Below, piece after piece: positions 19,998-32,559 of a stretch of 54,855 bases of DNA. This DNA is from Prorocentrum cordatum (taxonomy: Eukaryota). Numbering within the stretch: the first letter of the stretch is position 1; the number at the start of each line of letters is the position of its first letter. Where the stretch lies: NCBI GenBank assembly GCA_963575745.1, contig CAUYUJ010000208.1:62001-116855 (forward strand). The letters are read 5' to 3'. The translations under genes were made by a program, and so were the position numbers. The notes under the pieces are model-generated. The model saw only the letters and a list, made by a program, of their open reading frames with translations, ran no database searches and had not been told where the DNA came from.

Positions 19998-22900
19998 ATG
20001 GGCAAAAAGCGTAGCAAATCGAGCAGTGGCCCAGATCACATTCAGAGCTTGTTGACTTCTGGCATGAAGGCGTATTATGGTAAAAGTGATGATATTAAAA
20101 AAGAAAGGGCTCAGATTCAGACGACGAGTCTGATGATTACATATATGAGGCAGAGATCGAGCTTCGATCACGCCACCGCAAGTACGACACACTAACGATC
20201 AAACAGGTAGAGTATATTATCCTGAATTTGAAAGGTGTCGGAATGACAGCAGAGGATCTCGGTGAGCTTGGATCCAAGAGTTCGTTTCACATGAGGCAGG
20301 TTCGAGGGACCATGATCAATCGTTACACAGACAGGAACAAAGCAAAAGAGCATAGCGAAGCATTGGCAAACTTTCGGACGACCCAGGGCTCAAATTACAA
20401 ACAACGGTGCCTCAAGCTTTTATGTTGTGCTCTGAACGTTCCAGCTTCAAAGCAATTCAGGGCAGATAAAGACACTACGATGGGGCACCAGATGACCGTG
20501 TGGCAAGAGCAGTGGAACAAGCGCAAGAATGACCGACCCTTTTTTGCTTGCACTGCCGCGTGCATTAGCGCAAATGCCCTCCCTCCCCTCAGGTCCCAGT
20601 AAATGATGTGGTGCTGCGTTCATTGTAGTGCGTTGCGTTGCGTTGCATTGTCGAGTGCGTTGCGTAAGCGTTCGCTACCCTGGGAAGTGCTGTGCGCACT
20701 GCGCCGCGCGAATGAACGTGCACTCGGCGATCAACACACTCAAACCGATAGTAAGATCGATAGTGATATTAGGAATGAGATCGATAATGAAACCGGTGAT
20801 TCTACCACTTGCATGGTCGATGGTATCGATAGTGGGATCGCTCGCATTGCCCTCTGCGTGTCGCTCAACGTCCACACCCCTCACCCGTTTGAGCAATCGT
20901 GGCTAGGTCTTGTCAGAAATGTGGGCATGCGGGGGGGGCAGAGGGGAGCAGGAAGTGAATGAGGGTGATGATGTGGATGAGGATGGTGAGGAGCTGGTGC
21001 CGTGGCCCGCAAACGTCAAATACGGGCCCTCGGCGGTCGATTGAGAACTTCAGTCCTCTGTCCTCGGCTCGATTCCCGCACTTTGGCCTCGGATCCTCGA
21101 CCCCCGAGTCTCGACCCTCAGCCTCCGATGCTCATTCACAGTGCATCGGCCCTCGCACTTCAATCATCGGTCATTTTGCTATGAGCCACGGGGTCCCGCA
21201 ACCAATCGCACTATCGATCCCAGTGCCGATCTCACTGTCAATCTGATAATCTCACTATCGATCCCACTATCGATTAGCAACATGATCAGCACCATTCTCG
21301 CCGTAGTCGTCGTCGTCGCCGTCGTCCTCGGCGCCCCCGTTTCGCCATGCCAATGTCTGGCCGCCGAGGAGGGCGTCCGCGAGGTGAAAGACATGTACGA
21401 GTCATTGAAGAGGCAGGCTGATGAGGACGTGGAGGGAGGGAAGGGGAGGGAAGAGGCAGCGGCTGAAAAGAGGAGCGTGCAAGGGGAATGGGAGGGGAGC
21501 GTCATGTAGGATTGTATCGAAGACGCCTACGGCGAATCATCGCCGCCCCCTGCAATTGTGGAAGCGCCTATGTGGCCGAACGTTGAGGCCAGACCTGCCA
21601 AGCTATCGGACCACGTGGCCCCCGAATCGGTTTGAAAAGCCTTCGGGGAACACGTGGGCATCTTGAAGGTCATCCTGGCAGCCTGGAGGCCATTTTGATC
21701 CTTTTCGGGCCTTCTTGGAGGACGTCTTGGGGGGCTCTTGGGCCGTCTTGGAGGCCATCTTCAGCATCTTGGAGTTCAGGGCAGGGGGCATCAGAAGCAT
21801 GGGGGTAACTCCACTTCGTGCCTCGTGGCGCCGTGGTGGGCATTGCAGAGTTGAAAGTAGGTTGGCATAGGGTGCACTAGAGTACGTGGTGGAATGCCTA
21901 GGGGAAGCGTTATCTAGCATGGAGTTGCGTAAATAACAGGTGTAGCATGTAGGTCAGAGTAGAGTAGTTCGAGCCTGAGTTGCGCGCGCAGCACAGGGTT
22001 AAGCTGAGGTGAGTAGACCAGCAAAGCAGCGCTTCGTGTAGATTGGGCGAGGTGGTCTAGACATGAGCACACCGTCGTGCATGCGCGCTGCCCAAGAGGG
22101 CCCGATAAGTCTCCAAGGCGGCCCGAGAGCGCCCAATATAAACGCCCAGTGGCCCCAAGAGGGCCCAATAGACCTCCAAGAAGCCACAGGGGCGCTCTAC
22201 GAGGCCACCCGAGAAGGTGCCAAGATGTCAAACCATTGATTTTTATTCAGGGTTCCTATGTGATTGGGATTCTCGCTTCTTCGTGCCTCGACGCTCCATG
22301 CCGGACATCGAGGCTCCGAACAGCGCCCTAAGGCGGACCAGGCAACCCCTAAGAGGGCCCCAACGCGGCCTAAGAGGGCCCCAGAGCGGCCCCTGAGGCC
22401 CACCAGACGGCCCCCAGAGGCCCACCCCAAGAGAAAGCCAAAAGGGGGAGCACAAAGCGACAGTGCAAGACACCCGCCAAACCGATGCCCCCAGGAGGCC
22501 ACAGGAGGCGCCCAGGAGACTCCAAAAGACTTCCAGAAGCCCACGAGGCCCCCAAGAGGCCCACAAAGAAACCCCTGGAAACGTCAAAACTGCCACCGAG
22601 AGGCGGCGCGCCCGCCAGCCCGCGCAGGAGCTCGCCAAGATGAAGTGCCAGCACCCGTGGTTGAAGAGTGCGCTCGCGGCCATGGAGAAGGCCAAGGCTA
22701 GCGACAACTCAGACATGAGCGACAGCGATCAGAACTCAGACGACATGTCGGACTCAGCTTGCAATGACGTGATCGGCTCGGCCGAGACGAAGAAGATGAA
22801 GATGAGGAAGGAGAAAGAGGACGGCTCTGTCGGCAAGAGCGACAAGCAGGATCAGACCCTTGTCGAAGGCCATCGTCGAAGCGAGCTGTCAGTGAAGGCT

Positions 22901-24980
22901 TGCAGCAAGGGCGAGAAGCACAATATCGACATTGGCGACAGGCTCAAGAAGGGCAACGACAGCAGGAGGGAGAAGAGCGGCGGCCAGAAGCGCGAGAAGG
23001 GCCACACCAGCAACATGAGGGAGAAGAAGCGCTGTCGCTCGGACTCGCGGCCGCGGTCAGCCTTTAAGCAGAACTTGAAGCAGCGGCAGCCGCTGCAGGC
23101 GGCCTCGGACGACGACGACGACAGCGACGACGCCGACGACAGCGCGGACAGCGACGACTCCGACGACAGCATGAAGCACAACGGCCGCCCACTCGGGAAG
23201 TACGCCAGCGAGCTTGGCGATGACACGAAGATACCAAAATGGATTGCCACCATCCAGGGCCTGAAGAAGCCCGACCAGCGTGCGCTGCAGCACCTTGCGG
23301 AGCATGAGTACATCGAGAACATGGATGGGGCGGGGCGGGCGAGAGAGCGGAGCATGTGCACAAGGAGACAGACTTGAGGATCAGGACGAGGACGCGAGGG
23401 TGGCGGAGGAAGAGGGAGAGAAGGAGGAGGAGGAGGAAGAGGAGGAGAAGGAGGAGAGTGGACAGAACGGAAGAGCAAGGGGAGAGATGGAGGAGGAAGT
23501 CGAGGGTCTCTGCGGACTCGCGTCTTTTCGACCCGATCCAGGATCGGGTCGGAACGACGCGAGTCCGCGAATACCCTTGCCCCGATCCTTTGCATCGTTG
23601 TTCGTTTGGCTGCTCGCGTCGGTTGGTCGTTCCAAGGGTGCTCAAAAGGGCGTCGGATGCCTCCGTGGCGCGTGGTCAGGTGAAGTTGCGTGCGCTTCAC
23701 GCGCGCGCGGCTTCACCTGCGGCGTGCATTTCGTGGCTTCTTGGTTGTCCCATGTGGTCACGTGTGTTGGACAGGTGGCGCTGGTCTTGCATTTGTATGG
23801 TTGCCCTGTGGTGTTTAGCATGTCTCCTCGTGCGTTTTTTTGGGGGTGCGTGCAGCGCTCGTTGGGGGTGGGGCGGGGACCAGGCGGAGTTTCACAGCTT
23901 GCTGGCCGTCTCGAAGTGGGACCCGACGAAGACCGCGAGCTACGCGCTCTTCACTACGTTGGGGAAGGAGTGGCTCGAGGAGCAGTGGTGAGCGAGGAGA
24001 AGCATCTCAGAGGGGCTCCACAGACAGGTTCAGGAGTCGAGGACGCAGGAGATCGAAGCGATTCGAGCACAGGAGCAGGCCATCAGGGCCCGAGAGCAGA
24101 AGAACGCAAAGGATGAGGCTGACAAGTTGAGGAAGCAGTTGCGCGCTGCAGAGGCGCGGGAGATGGCAGCGACGAAGCAGGCGTCACCAGAGGAGGCGGC
24201 CGACGGCACCAAGAAGGGCAAGAAAGGCAAGCCGAAGGCGGCAAAGCCAGGAGCAGGAGGAGGAGAGGAGCGCAAGCCTGAGCTGACGGGCGACGGCGGC
24301 CAGAAGAAAGCAAAGCACAAACACATCCAGGATACCCCATTGCCGTCGCTTGCTCCTGACGCCCGCGATGATGACGATGATGTTGAGAAGCATGGCGCTG
24401 AGAAGGATGACACTGAGGCTGAGTTGCTTCCCTGTTTTGTTGATTTGCATCTCTCGTGCGTTCAGGCAGGCGCATGGTCCTAGATAACAGTGGTTACGAT
24501 TTAGCGTGTTGCCACCAGCACATCCAGAAACGATGCATTGACAAGTTGGGGTGATCAGGGAAGTGGCTTAAACCACGTTCTCGCCCAGCCCCTCCCTCCT
24601 TCGAGGAAAGTAACACCCTCGCCCTACCCCGCTCCCCTGGACCTGGAGACTGGTCTGCTAGGTTGAAGCGTCCAAGGTTTCCCGCAACGGCTCCAAAACG
24701 ACATCGGACTGCAACTGGGCCTCCAAGATGGCCAACTACAACGCGCGCACGCCCGAGCTGCTTACAATATGCCCTAAGAGCCCCCAAGACCGCCCCCCCA
24801 GACGGCCACAAATGGTCAAAGAGCACCCCGCTGGAGGGCCATCAAGAGGCCCACGGTTTCATCAAAACCCAAATGGTTATCAATGCGTTGTGTCGCGTTG
24901 CCTTTTTGTTTGCGGTGACCCCTCCCGAGGCTTCAAGACGGACCCAAAGCTGCACGAGATAACCCCAACAGATGCCCCAG

Positions 24981-25033
<53 letters not shown>

Positions 25034-25784
25034 GAGACTGGCCCGCGAGCGCCCAGAAGCGCACCAAGAGCGCCCCGAGAGCTACCCAAGAGGTGCGCGT
25101 GGTTCTGGCTCCGATTGGGGGATGTGCGAAGGGGGGAGGCGGGGCGGGGGAGGGGGGTTGCAACGGGGGTGGGAATTGCAACCCTCCCCTCTCTCGGCCG
25201 ATGTCCTCCCCTCACCCGTGTCAGCATCATCCTTCTACTCATGGTCCGTCCCATCCTCCTCATGCGACTCATCGTCCGTCTCCCAGCTCCCTCATGCATG
25301 CGTCCAGTCTCGTCCTTCGCTTCCCTCATTTGCTCGGTGTGGCCGTCCCCTCATATGCCGCCCTGAAGAGTTGGTGAGACTTGTCATCAACGTGTCCGCC
25401 GTTGCTGTGTTGCTAGTGTGCAATGTTCGCTTGATTTGCATTGTGCGACGGTGGTTTGTGAGTTGCCGAGTGGTTGCAACGATTGCGTCCAGTGCATGTC
25501 TTGTGCCTACGATCGTCGTGAGCGCCTTGTCTCCCGCTGCGTTGTCGCAGGCTGCGGGCCGCTCCGATCGCCCTGCTGCTGGCGGGCGCGACGGCGGCGG
25601 TCGCGAGGCTGCCCGCGCCGCGCCCGAGCAGATCACCATAGGGGACGAGAAGGGCATCGGCGGCCTTGGCGTCGAGGCCCTCCAGAGCGAGCGTGACGGC
25701 GCAGATGATGAGGACGAAGAAGATGAAGATGAGGAGGGTGGCGGCCCAGAGGACGATCAGACAGGTGCAAAGCAGCCTAAGTGA
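19998..25784 (+). CDS. Multi-exon hypothetical host protein, charged and low-complexity; exon joins not fully resolved
   Basis: Coding-like blocks on one strand: ~19998-20150 (MGKKRSKSSS...), ~20207-20520, ~21360-21430, ~22628-23330 (ELAKMKCQHPWL...HEYIENMD), ~23883-24417 and ~25551-25784 (stop). The blocks are separated by repeat-filled intron-like DNA. Confidence 0.5.
24981..25032 (+). repeat. Poly(A) run, 52 nt
   Basis: Directly visible. Confidence 0.95.
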
Positions 25785-26210
25785 TGAGTGAACAATCGCC
25801 AGATATGTAGGTAGGACGTTAATGCTTGCAGCCAGTCCGTCTCATGGTGGGCAGAGGTTCTGGGGTTGCTCGCGCGCGAGGCCGCACGCACTTGTTGTGA
25901 TGAGTACGGCGCATAGCTCAGAACCGCACCGCTGACCCCGAACACCCCATCCAGAACCGATGCTCGCGAGATAGTCTTTGGCCACTCCTTGCTGGGGCCA
26001 CTTTGGGCGCTGCCACAGCGTGCCCCCCCAGGTAGGTGGAGTGAGGAGGAACATCACGTACAGAAAGGGTAGAAGGTGTGTGATGCAAGCGTTGGCCCAG
26101 AGGCCACTTTGGCCCAGAGGACTGGCAATTTAACCATCGCGTGCATTTTGCTCGCGACGGGATCTCGTGCCGCCAAGGGAGTGGAGCCTCGCTGCGCGAT
26201 GTGGCGCGTG

Positions 26211-27948
26211 CTGGTTCGCGGGCTGCGATGCCCATGTGCGCACAATCGCAGGGTCGATCAACGGCCCTCTTCTCGTCGAACTGCTCGACGAAATCGGTTA
26301 CGAGGACGCGGCCTGCGTGGAAGTCTTTCGGCGCGGCGCGCCTCTCGTGGGCCCTCTCCCGTGCACGGGGAACGGGCGTCCGGAATCTTTCCCTGTACCG
26401 CTCAGCCTGCCGGACTTGGCCGCGGGCGCGGAGCGAGGCAACGCCGCGCTGCTCGGCACGCTCAAGGAGTCTAGCGACTCCGCCGTGATTCTCACCAAAA
26501 CTATCGCCGAAGCGGAGCTCGGCCGAATGAGCCATCCCGCGCCGCTCAGCGCGGTCGAGCTCGACGGTGCGGTTTTGTCGCCGCGGTTCGGCGTCCGGCA
26601 GTCGAGAGAGGACGGGTCCGAGAAGCTGCGGCTCGTAGATGATATGTCGCGCTCTCGTATCAACGCGGCGTCGCAGCCGACGGAGCGTCTCGGCCATGAA
26701 GCCATCGACGCTCTGTTTGGCACTTGCAAGGCATTTGTGACGCGCGTGGGCGAAGCGCCCGGGCTCTGGAAGGCGGACATAGACGCCGCGTTCCGGCGCG
26801 TGCCGCTGTTGCCGGAACATCGCGCCCTCGCATGGGTCGCGTTCCTCGTGGGCACATGCGTCTACGTGGCTCAGCACTTCGCCGCCCCATTCGGAGCGAC
26901 TTCCTCCGTTCACAGCTGGGAGCGCATCGGCGCGATGCTGTCAGCGCTGGGCCGCAGGCTCATTTTCGTCCCCGTCCTCAGATATGTGGACGACTTCTTC
27001 TGCCCCGAACGTAAGAAAGGGCTGCGCGACGCAATGCGACAGTTCGCCGAACTGGTAAGAATCATTCTGGGCCCGAGCGCTGTGGCCGACGGTAAGCTGC
27101 TGTTCGGCAATCCGCTCGGGGTCCTGGGCTTGTCTGTGGCGATTGACGAGCGTGGCCTCGTGTGCTGGCCGCTGCCGGAGAAGCGCGCCCGGTGGCGCGC
27201 CGAGATCGCTGCTGCTCTTCAAGAGGGCGCGCTCGAGCGCGGGCGCGCGTCCAAGTTGGCAGGCCGCTTCTGTTGGGCTGCCTCCCACACCTTCGGGCGG
27301 TTCGGGCGCGCGCTGCTCCCGCCGTTGTTTGAGCACGCAAGGGCGCGCCATCCTAGTATCCCGGCGCACCTGCGAGTCTGCCTGCAATGGTGGCACGAAG
27401 CGCTCGCCAGAAATTTCACCACGACGCGGGAGTGGCAGGCGCCAGACACCAGGTCTGTCCAATTGCTCTCCGACGCGCGGGGGAATCCAGCTAGAGTGGC
27501 CGCGGTTCTTTTCATTGACGGGCGCATTGTCTTCACCGATGTCGCCCCGCCTGAGCCTCTGCTTCGGCTCTTCAGGGAAAGGCGCGACAATCAAATCGGC
27601 GGTCTGGAGGTGCTCAGCATCGCGCTGGGCCTGGCCACCTTTGAGCCGCTCCTGTCGGGCCGATGCGTGAACATCTTTTCGGATAATTCAGGCAGCGAGT
27701 GGGCCGTCCGGTCCGGTGCGGCGAAGCAGTTTGACCACAATTGCCTGGTCCACTCAATCTGGCGCATGGCGCTGGATGCGAATTGCAATCTGCACGTTCA
27801 GCGTGTGGCGTCGGTGGACAACATCGCCGACCTGCCGTCGCGCGAGTCATATTCCCTGCTGTATCGCTTGGGGGCGGAGTGGATTCCTCCGGTGCTGGAC
27901 GATGCCTGGTTCGATCCGAGCGCGTGGCTTCCTCATCGCCGGCCATGA
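26211..27948 (+). CDS. Intronless RT-RNase H, lacking its N-terminus
   Basis: KADIDAAF, APFGA, RYVDD, LLSDARG, IGGLE, FSDN and DNIADLPSR lie in one uninterrupted frame. The ORF-track start at 26167 lies in foreign sequence fused at 26211-26215. Confidence 0.92.
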
Positions 27949-28134
27949 CCGGCTCGGGCGCTGGGCGTGCGTGCAATGGATCTGGCCTTCACTCATCGGT
28001 CAGGGTGCGCCCGCCAGGTCGGGCAGGGGTTGGCGTCCTCCCTCGCGCACGTCGCGGTCGCGCTTCGCCTGTGGGCGCGCGAGGGCATCTCTGGTTTGTC
28101 GGCGCACCTGGAGAATGTCATCGGTGTTCGCGCG

Positions 28135-29760
28135 ATGGCGCTGGCTGGATTGCTCGCTCAGCTTCGCGCGGTTTGCCCTGAGGCACGCCCTCTTCCTGTG
28201 TTCGCCGCTGCCGAGCTGCTTGCCGATAACGGCGCCGACGCCGTGAGCGATTTGGTTGGCGTCACCCTGGCAGACTTCAGGGGCGCCGCGGCATTATCTT
28301 GCGACGCCCGCGAGGTGGTCCGCGCGGCTATCGCGGCAGCCCAGCGCGGCGGCGCGCCAGCCGCACTGGGCAGGGGCAGCGCGGGCGCTTCTCCTGCGCC
28401 CGCCCCGTCGCCCGGGATTGCCCCCAGGTCTGCTTGCGCGTTCCGCGTTCGTCGCGGGCCCCCCCCTTGTCGGCCGTCGCAGGACCGACATCGCGACGCG
28501 GTCGCCCTCGAGCGTATCCGTCTCGTCATCCTCCACGGTGCGCGCGCGAATTTGCGGCATGTCGCTCGCAGCGCTAAACGCGGGCGCCAGGACAGCGGCA
28601 GGGCGCATGCAGCTCCCCCGGAGGACCCCGTGTCCGCGGTCCGGTGGGCGCTCTCAGTCGCTGGGCGCGAGGGTCGGCGTGACATGCGCGGGCCGCGGGC
28701 CGAAGCTGCTCGGGCCAGAGCCCTCATCACCTCCTCGGCGGCCGGTAAAGCGTGGGCGCGCAGGGCCCGGGTGAGCGCTCTCCTGGGCGCATGCCCGCGC
28801 TCATTGCCCGCGCTCAGCAGCGGGTTCGAGTGCTGGGTTACATTCGCAAGGGGCGTCTTAAAGCGACGGGGGAAGGAACTGCCGCCCACCCTGGAGGGGC
28901 TGCTTCTGTGGTCCACGACCTTCAGGTGCGCCGGGACCTTCAGCAATTATGTGACTTACGTGAAGAAGGCGTGCCTCGTGGCATGCCGGCGCGCGCCCGC
29001 CTCTCATCTTCCGGCAACGCGCGCGTCCGCCCGCGGCGGCAGTTGGCGCGCAAGGCCCGTGGAAGTCTTCAGGCACCCGGCGGTTCGCGCCGCTAAGAAC
29101 GCCATCGAGAAGCGTTCGGGCTGGCAGGCGAAGGCGCGCATGGCCCTTCAGGGCCGCGACGTCGCCCGTCTGGTGTCGCACCTGCGCGTCAGTGACGAGG
29201 GTCGCCGTTTCGCCATGTTGTGCCTGGCGGCCTACGCATTCCTCCTTCGGCTACCCTCGGAGGCCCTGCCCGCGGTGCGGGTTGAAGATGGCGCGGCCGC
29301 GGCTTGCGTGGCCTCCGCGTTCGTCGTCGGCGATCAAAAGATCGAGCTGCACCTCTCCAGGAGAAAGAACCGCGAGAGCCGCTCGGTGATGGCACGGCAG
29401 TGCTGGTGCGACGAGTGCGCGGTCACCTGTCCCGTACACGTTCTTGGGGCCTGGCTAGTTGGCGAGCCAGCTCATCAGCCCATCTGGGCTGCGTGGTCCC
29501 CAGGCGCGGCACGTGCTCGGCTGCGCCGCGCGCTGGGCGAAATGGGGCGCCACGACGCGGAATCATTCGGCACTCACGCGTTCAGGCGCGGGCACGCGCA
29601 GGACATCGCTGCCAGGGGCGGACCGGTCACCGACCTTCTTCGCGCGGGCGGCTGGCATCAGCCCGCGTGGATGAAATACCTTAACGTTTCCCGGCTCGAG
29701 CGGCAGTCGGTCGCGGAAGCCCATTTGGCAGAGTCGTCCAGCGACGATGGCGATGGCTGA
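28135..29760 (+). CDS. Tyrosine recombinase with three probable introns (~483 aa spliced)
   Basis: LLRLPSE, SRRK, CPVH, THAFRRG, AGGW and MKY. Intron 28989-29054 (GC-AG) removes a 22-aa insertion relative to the YR of element 1. Introns 28428-28482 and 28538-28590 (GT-AG, 55+53 nt) expose a Ser-rich linker like that of element 1. Confidence 0.85.
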   Translation: MALAGLLAQLRAVCPEARPLPVFAAAELLADNGADAVSDLVGVTLADFRGAAALSCDAREVVRAAIAAAQRGGAPAALGRGSAGASPAPAPSPGIAPRSACAFRVRRGPPPCRPSQDRHRDAVALERIRLVILHGARANLRHVARSAKRGRQDSGRAHAAPPEDPVSAVRWALSVAGREGRRDMRGPRAEAARARALITSSAAGKAWARRARVSALLGACPRSLPALSSGFECWVTFARGVLKRRGKELPPTLEGLLLWSTTFRCAGTFSNYVTYVKKACLVACRRAPASHLPATRASARGGSWRARPVEVFRHPAVRAAKNAIEKRSGWQAKARMALQGRDVARLVSHLRVSDEGRRFAMLCLAAYAFLLRLPSEALPAVRVEDGAAAACVASAFVVGDQKIELHLSRRKNRESRSVMARQCWCDECAVTCPVHVLGAWLVGEPAHQPIWAAWSPGAARARLRRALGEMGRHDAESFGTHAFRRGHAQDIAARGGPVTDLLRAGGWHQPAWMKYLNVSRLERQSVAEAHLAESSSDDGDG

Positions 29761-29875
29761 GCACCCCGCGCAGTCTGGTGGTCGTGTCTGCACGGCACAC
29801 ACGTGGGCGCACCCCCGGCACGCGGGGGCAGTGGGTGGCAGCGCCGGGCGTGGCCCGCGGGAGCGCCGTTGCAGT

Positions 29876-29961
29876 GGGTGGTGCTCCCCCACGGGCCCGA
29901 CCGGCGTCTGCCCGCTTGGCCTCGGAGAGGCCGCGCGCTGCGGGGCAGATGGGTCGGGTCC
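29876..29961 (+). repeat. Element 2 repeat B1 (86 bp)
   Basis: Repeated at 30439-30524. Confidence 0.9.
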
Positions 29962-30438
29962 GCACCCTCCGCTCCTGGGGGAGGCTTCCTCCTCCCCCCC
30001 CCCCAGGGCCGTGCGAGGCGAGTGCAAGCGCCAGGATTTGTGGGGTCGGAATAACGAAGTTATTGCTTGGCACAAATCCGCCCGCGCTGTGAACGACCCC
30101 GCGGCTGGCCGCGGGGGCGCCCTCGCTCGGCTGGTCGGCCGCGCGCTGGTCGACCCTCTTCCGCCTCCCGCTCGCGTCGTGTGGTGCAGTGCCGTGCCGT
30201 GCTTCCTCCGCCTGGCACTGGGGCGGGATATAAATACCGTGCCGTGTGTCGGGTTTCGGCCCTCCGCCCTCTGGGGGCTTCGCTCGGCCCATAGTGGCTT
30301 CCTTGCGGCCCATAGTGGCTTCGTTGCGGCCCATAGCGGCCTGCTGCGTTCACGTGCCCAATGGGGCCCTCTCTTCTGGTCCATAGTGACCACGAGCTGT
30401 CGTTGGCCCGCCCTACCCGCCCTGGGGGTGTGGGGGGG

Positions 30439-30524
30439 GGGTGGTGCTCCCCCACGGGCCCGACCGGCGTCTGCCCGCTTGGCCTCGGAGAGGCCGCGCG
30501 CTGCGGGGCAGATGGGTCGGGTCC
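30439..30524 (+). repeat. Element 2 repeat B2 (86 bp), probable right end
   Basis: Copy of 29876-29961. Confidence 0.9.
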
Positions 30525-31181
30525 CAGCGACGTTGGGGCCTGGGCGCAGGTTTGATTTGCGCAAATCTGCGCGCGGGCTTGCTGCGTCGCCGCGGCGCCA
30601 GGGCTCTCGCCGCGCGACGGGGCCGCCGCGCGGGCGCTTCTCCGCCAGGGCGACCGCGCTGCTCGCCAGCGGGCGCGCGGACGCCGTTGACGAGCGCGGG
30701 CAGTAGCTGGGGCGCGGGGCGACGATGCCAGCGACAGGCTGCCCGCGACGCAGCTCGCGAATGCAATTGCAGGGGCTCGCGGCTCCCCCGCGAGGCGCGC
30801 CGACCCGTCGCCCTGGGGCGAGCTTGCACGGGCGAGCCAAGCAAACCGCGGCGCTTGCGATGGGCGAGCGAAGCCGAACACTGCAAATCCACAGCGCGGA
30901 GGCATGTTCCTGCGCGGCGGTGGCTTGATCTTCCGTCGATGGTCAACGTCAACGCATATCGCTCGTGTGCAATATTGCCATTGCCCTGCTGCTACCGCAT
31001 ATGATTGTGTTCGCGCTCGGGCGCGCGCTTTGCTCGAACTTAGTGCTGGCATGTCGCATGATCGCGGGCGTCGGAATAGCATTGCGCGTGTTCCAGGGCA
31101 GGTGGGCCACGCGTGCGGCGCGCCCAGAGCAAGCGCAGCTCTGCCGACGCACGTGGAAGCACGAATCTGGGAACATGTCGA

Positions 31182-31227
<46 letters not shown>

Positions 31228-31234
<7 letters not shown>

Positions 31235-31456
31235 CGTGATCCACCGCCGCTTTACTGTGGAAAATTGCCAACCTTTTCCTCCGGAACCCGGGGGTCCCCC
31301 CCCCCCCTCCGAAAATCCCCCCCCCCTGCTGGAACCCCTCCCCCCCCCCCCCCCCCCCTTCCCTCCCGGCAAAACCCCCCCCCTCCCTAACCCCTCCCCC
31401 CCCCCCCCCCCCCCCTCCTCTCGAAAACCGGGGGGGGTCACTACCGTTCGAACCCC

Positions 31457-31492
<36 letters not shown>

Positions 31493-32495
31493 GATCCGGA
31501 AAACCGGGGGGGGTCAACCGAACTCCCGTACTCACCGCCAGCAAACGACTCCCGGTCCCCACCACCGTCCGCATCACATCCCCCACTGGTGTTCCCAGCA
31601 CCACTGTCCTCACCACCGCTGTCCCCACTGGTTCCACCACCGCCCCTACTGTCCCCACCAGTGGCCCCACCACTGTCGCACTGTCCCCGCTGTCCCCAGA
31701 ACTGTTCCCACCACGGTTCCACTCTCCCCACTGTCTCCACGGCCCCAACCACTGCCCGACTATCCCCACTGTCCCACTGTCCCACTGACTCCTCCGCTGT
31801 CCCACTGAGCTGTCCCACTGTTCCCACCACTGTCCCCACTGTCCCCACCACTGTCCCCACTGTACCTCTGTCCCATTGTCCCACCGCCGTCCTCGCCACC
31901 GCCTTCACCACTGTCCCCACCACCATTGTACCCTCCACTGTGCCACTGTTTCCACCTCATTCCCATTGTCCCCACACCACTGTCCCCACCACCACCGTCA
32001 CCACCACTGTCCACTGTCCCCCCCTGTTCCCACCATTGTCCCCACCACTGTCCCCACCACTACCGTCCCCACCACTGTCCCACTGTCCCACTGTCCCCAC
32101 CATTGTCCCCACCACTGTCCCCACCACTACCCTCCCCACCGCTGTCCCACTGTCCCCCCACTGTCCCCACCACTGTCCCGCTGTCCCCTCACCACTGTCC
32201 CCACCAACACCGTCCCCACCACTGTCCGCACCCCCACTCGGTTTTCGAGGGGGGGGGGGGTTCGAACCGTAGTGACCCCCCCTCCGGGGAGGGGGGGGGG
32301 GGGGGGGGGGGGGTTCGAACCGGTAGTGACCCCCCCCCCTTTTCATGATGAGCAGGGGGGGGGGGGGGGGGGGAGGGGGTTCGAACCGGTAGTGACCCCC
32401 CCCCGTTTTCCGAGGGGGGGGGGGGGGGGGGAGGGGTTCGAACCGGTAGTGACCCCCCCCGGTTTTTCCGCCGCAGCGGTAGAACACGCTCTTTC
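31228..32495. mobile_element. Non-autonomous TIR (MITE-like) element inserted in a (TA)n microsatellite
   Basis: Left end GAGAGAGCGTGATCCACCGC versus reverse complement of the right end GAAAGAGCGTGTTCTACCGC (17/20). Subterminal GGTTCGAACC(G)GTAGTGACCCC motifs are in inverted orientation on the two sides, the interior is a CCACTGTCCC-type satellite, and (TA)n lies at 31184-31227 and 32496-32556. Confidence 0.7.
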
Positions 32496-32505
32496 ATATA
32501 TATAT

Positions 32506-32559
<54 letters not shown>

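Larger units (their letters stand above)
26211..30524 (+). mobile_element. Second, 5'-truncated YR retrotransposon of a related but distinct family
   Basis: RT-RH, YR and an 86-bp direct repeat pair (29876-29961 and 30439-30524) spaced 563 bp apart, mirroring B1/B2 of element 1. Gag and A1 are absent. Confidence 0.88.

Noticed and set aside
24981..25032. Poly(A) as the tail of a LINE, SINE or retrocopy
   Set aside because: No upstream element body or target-site duplication could be identified.
26092..26120. TTGGCCCAGAGGCCACTTTGGCCCAGAGG as tandem relic spliced leaders
   Set aside because: It has only partial, gapped similarity to the SL 3' half and is not adjacent to an intact start codon.
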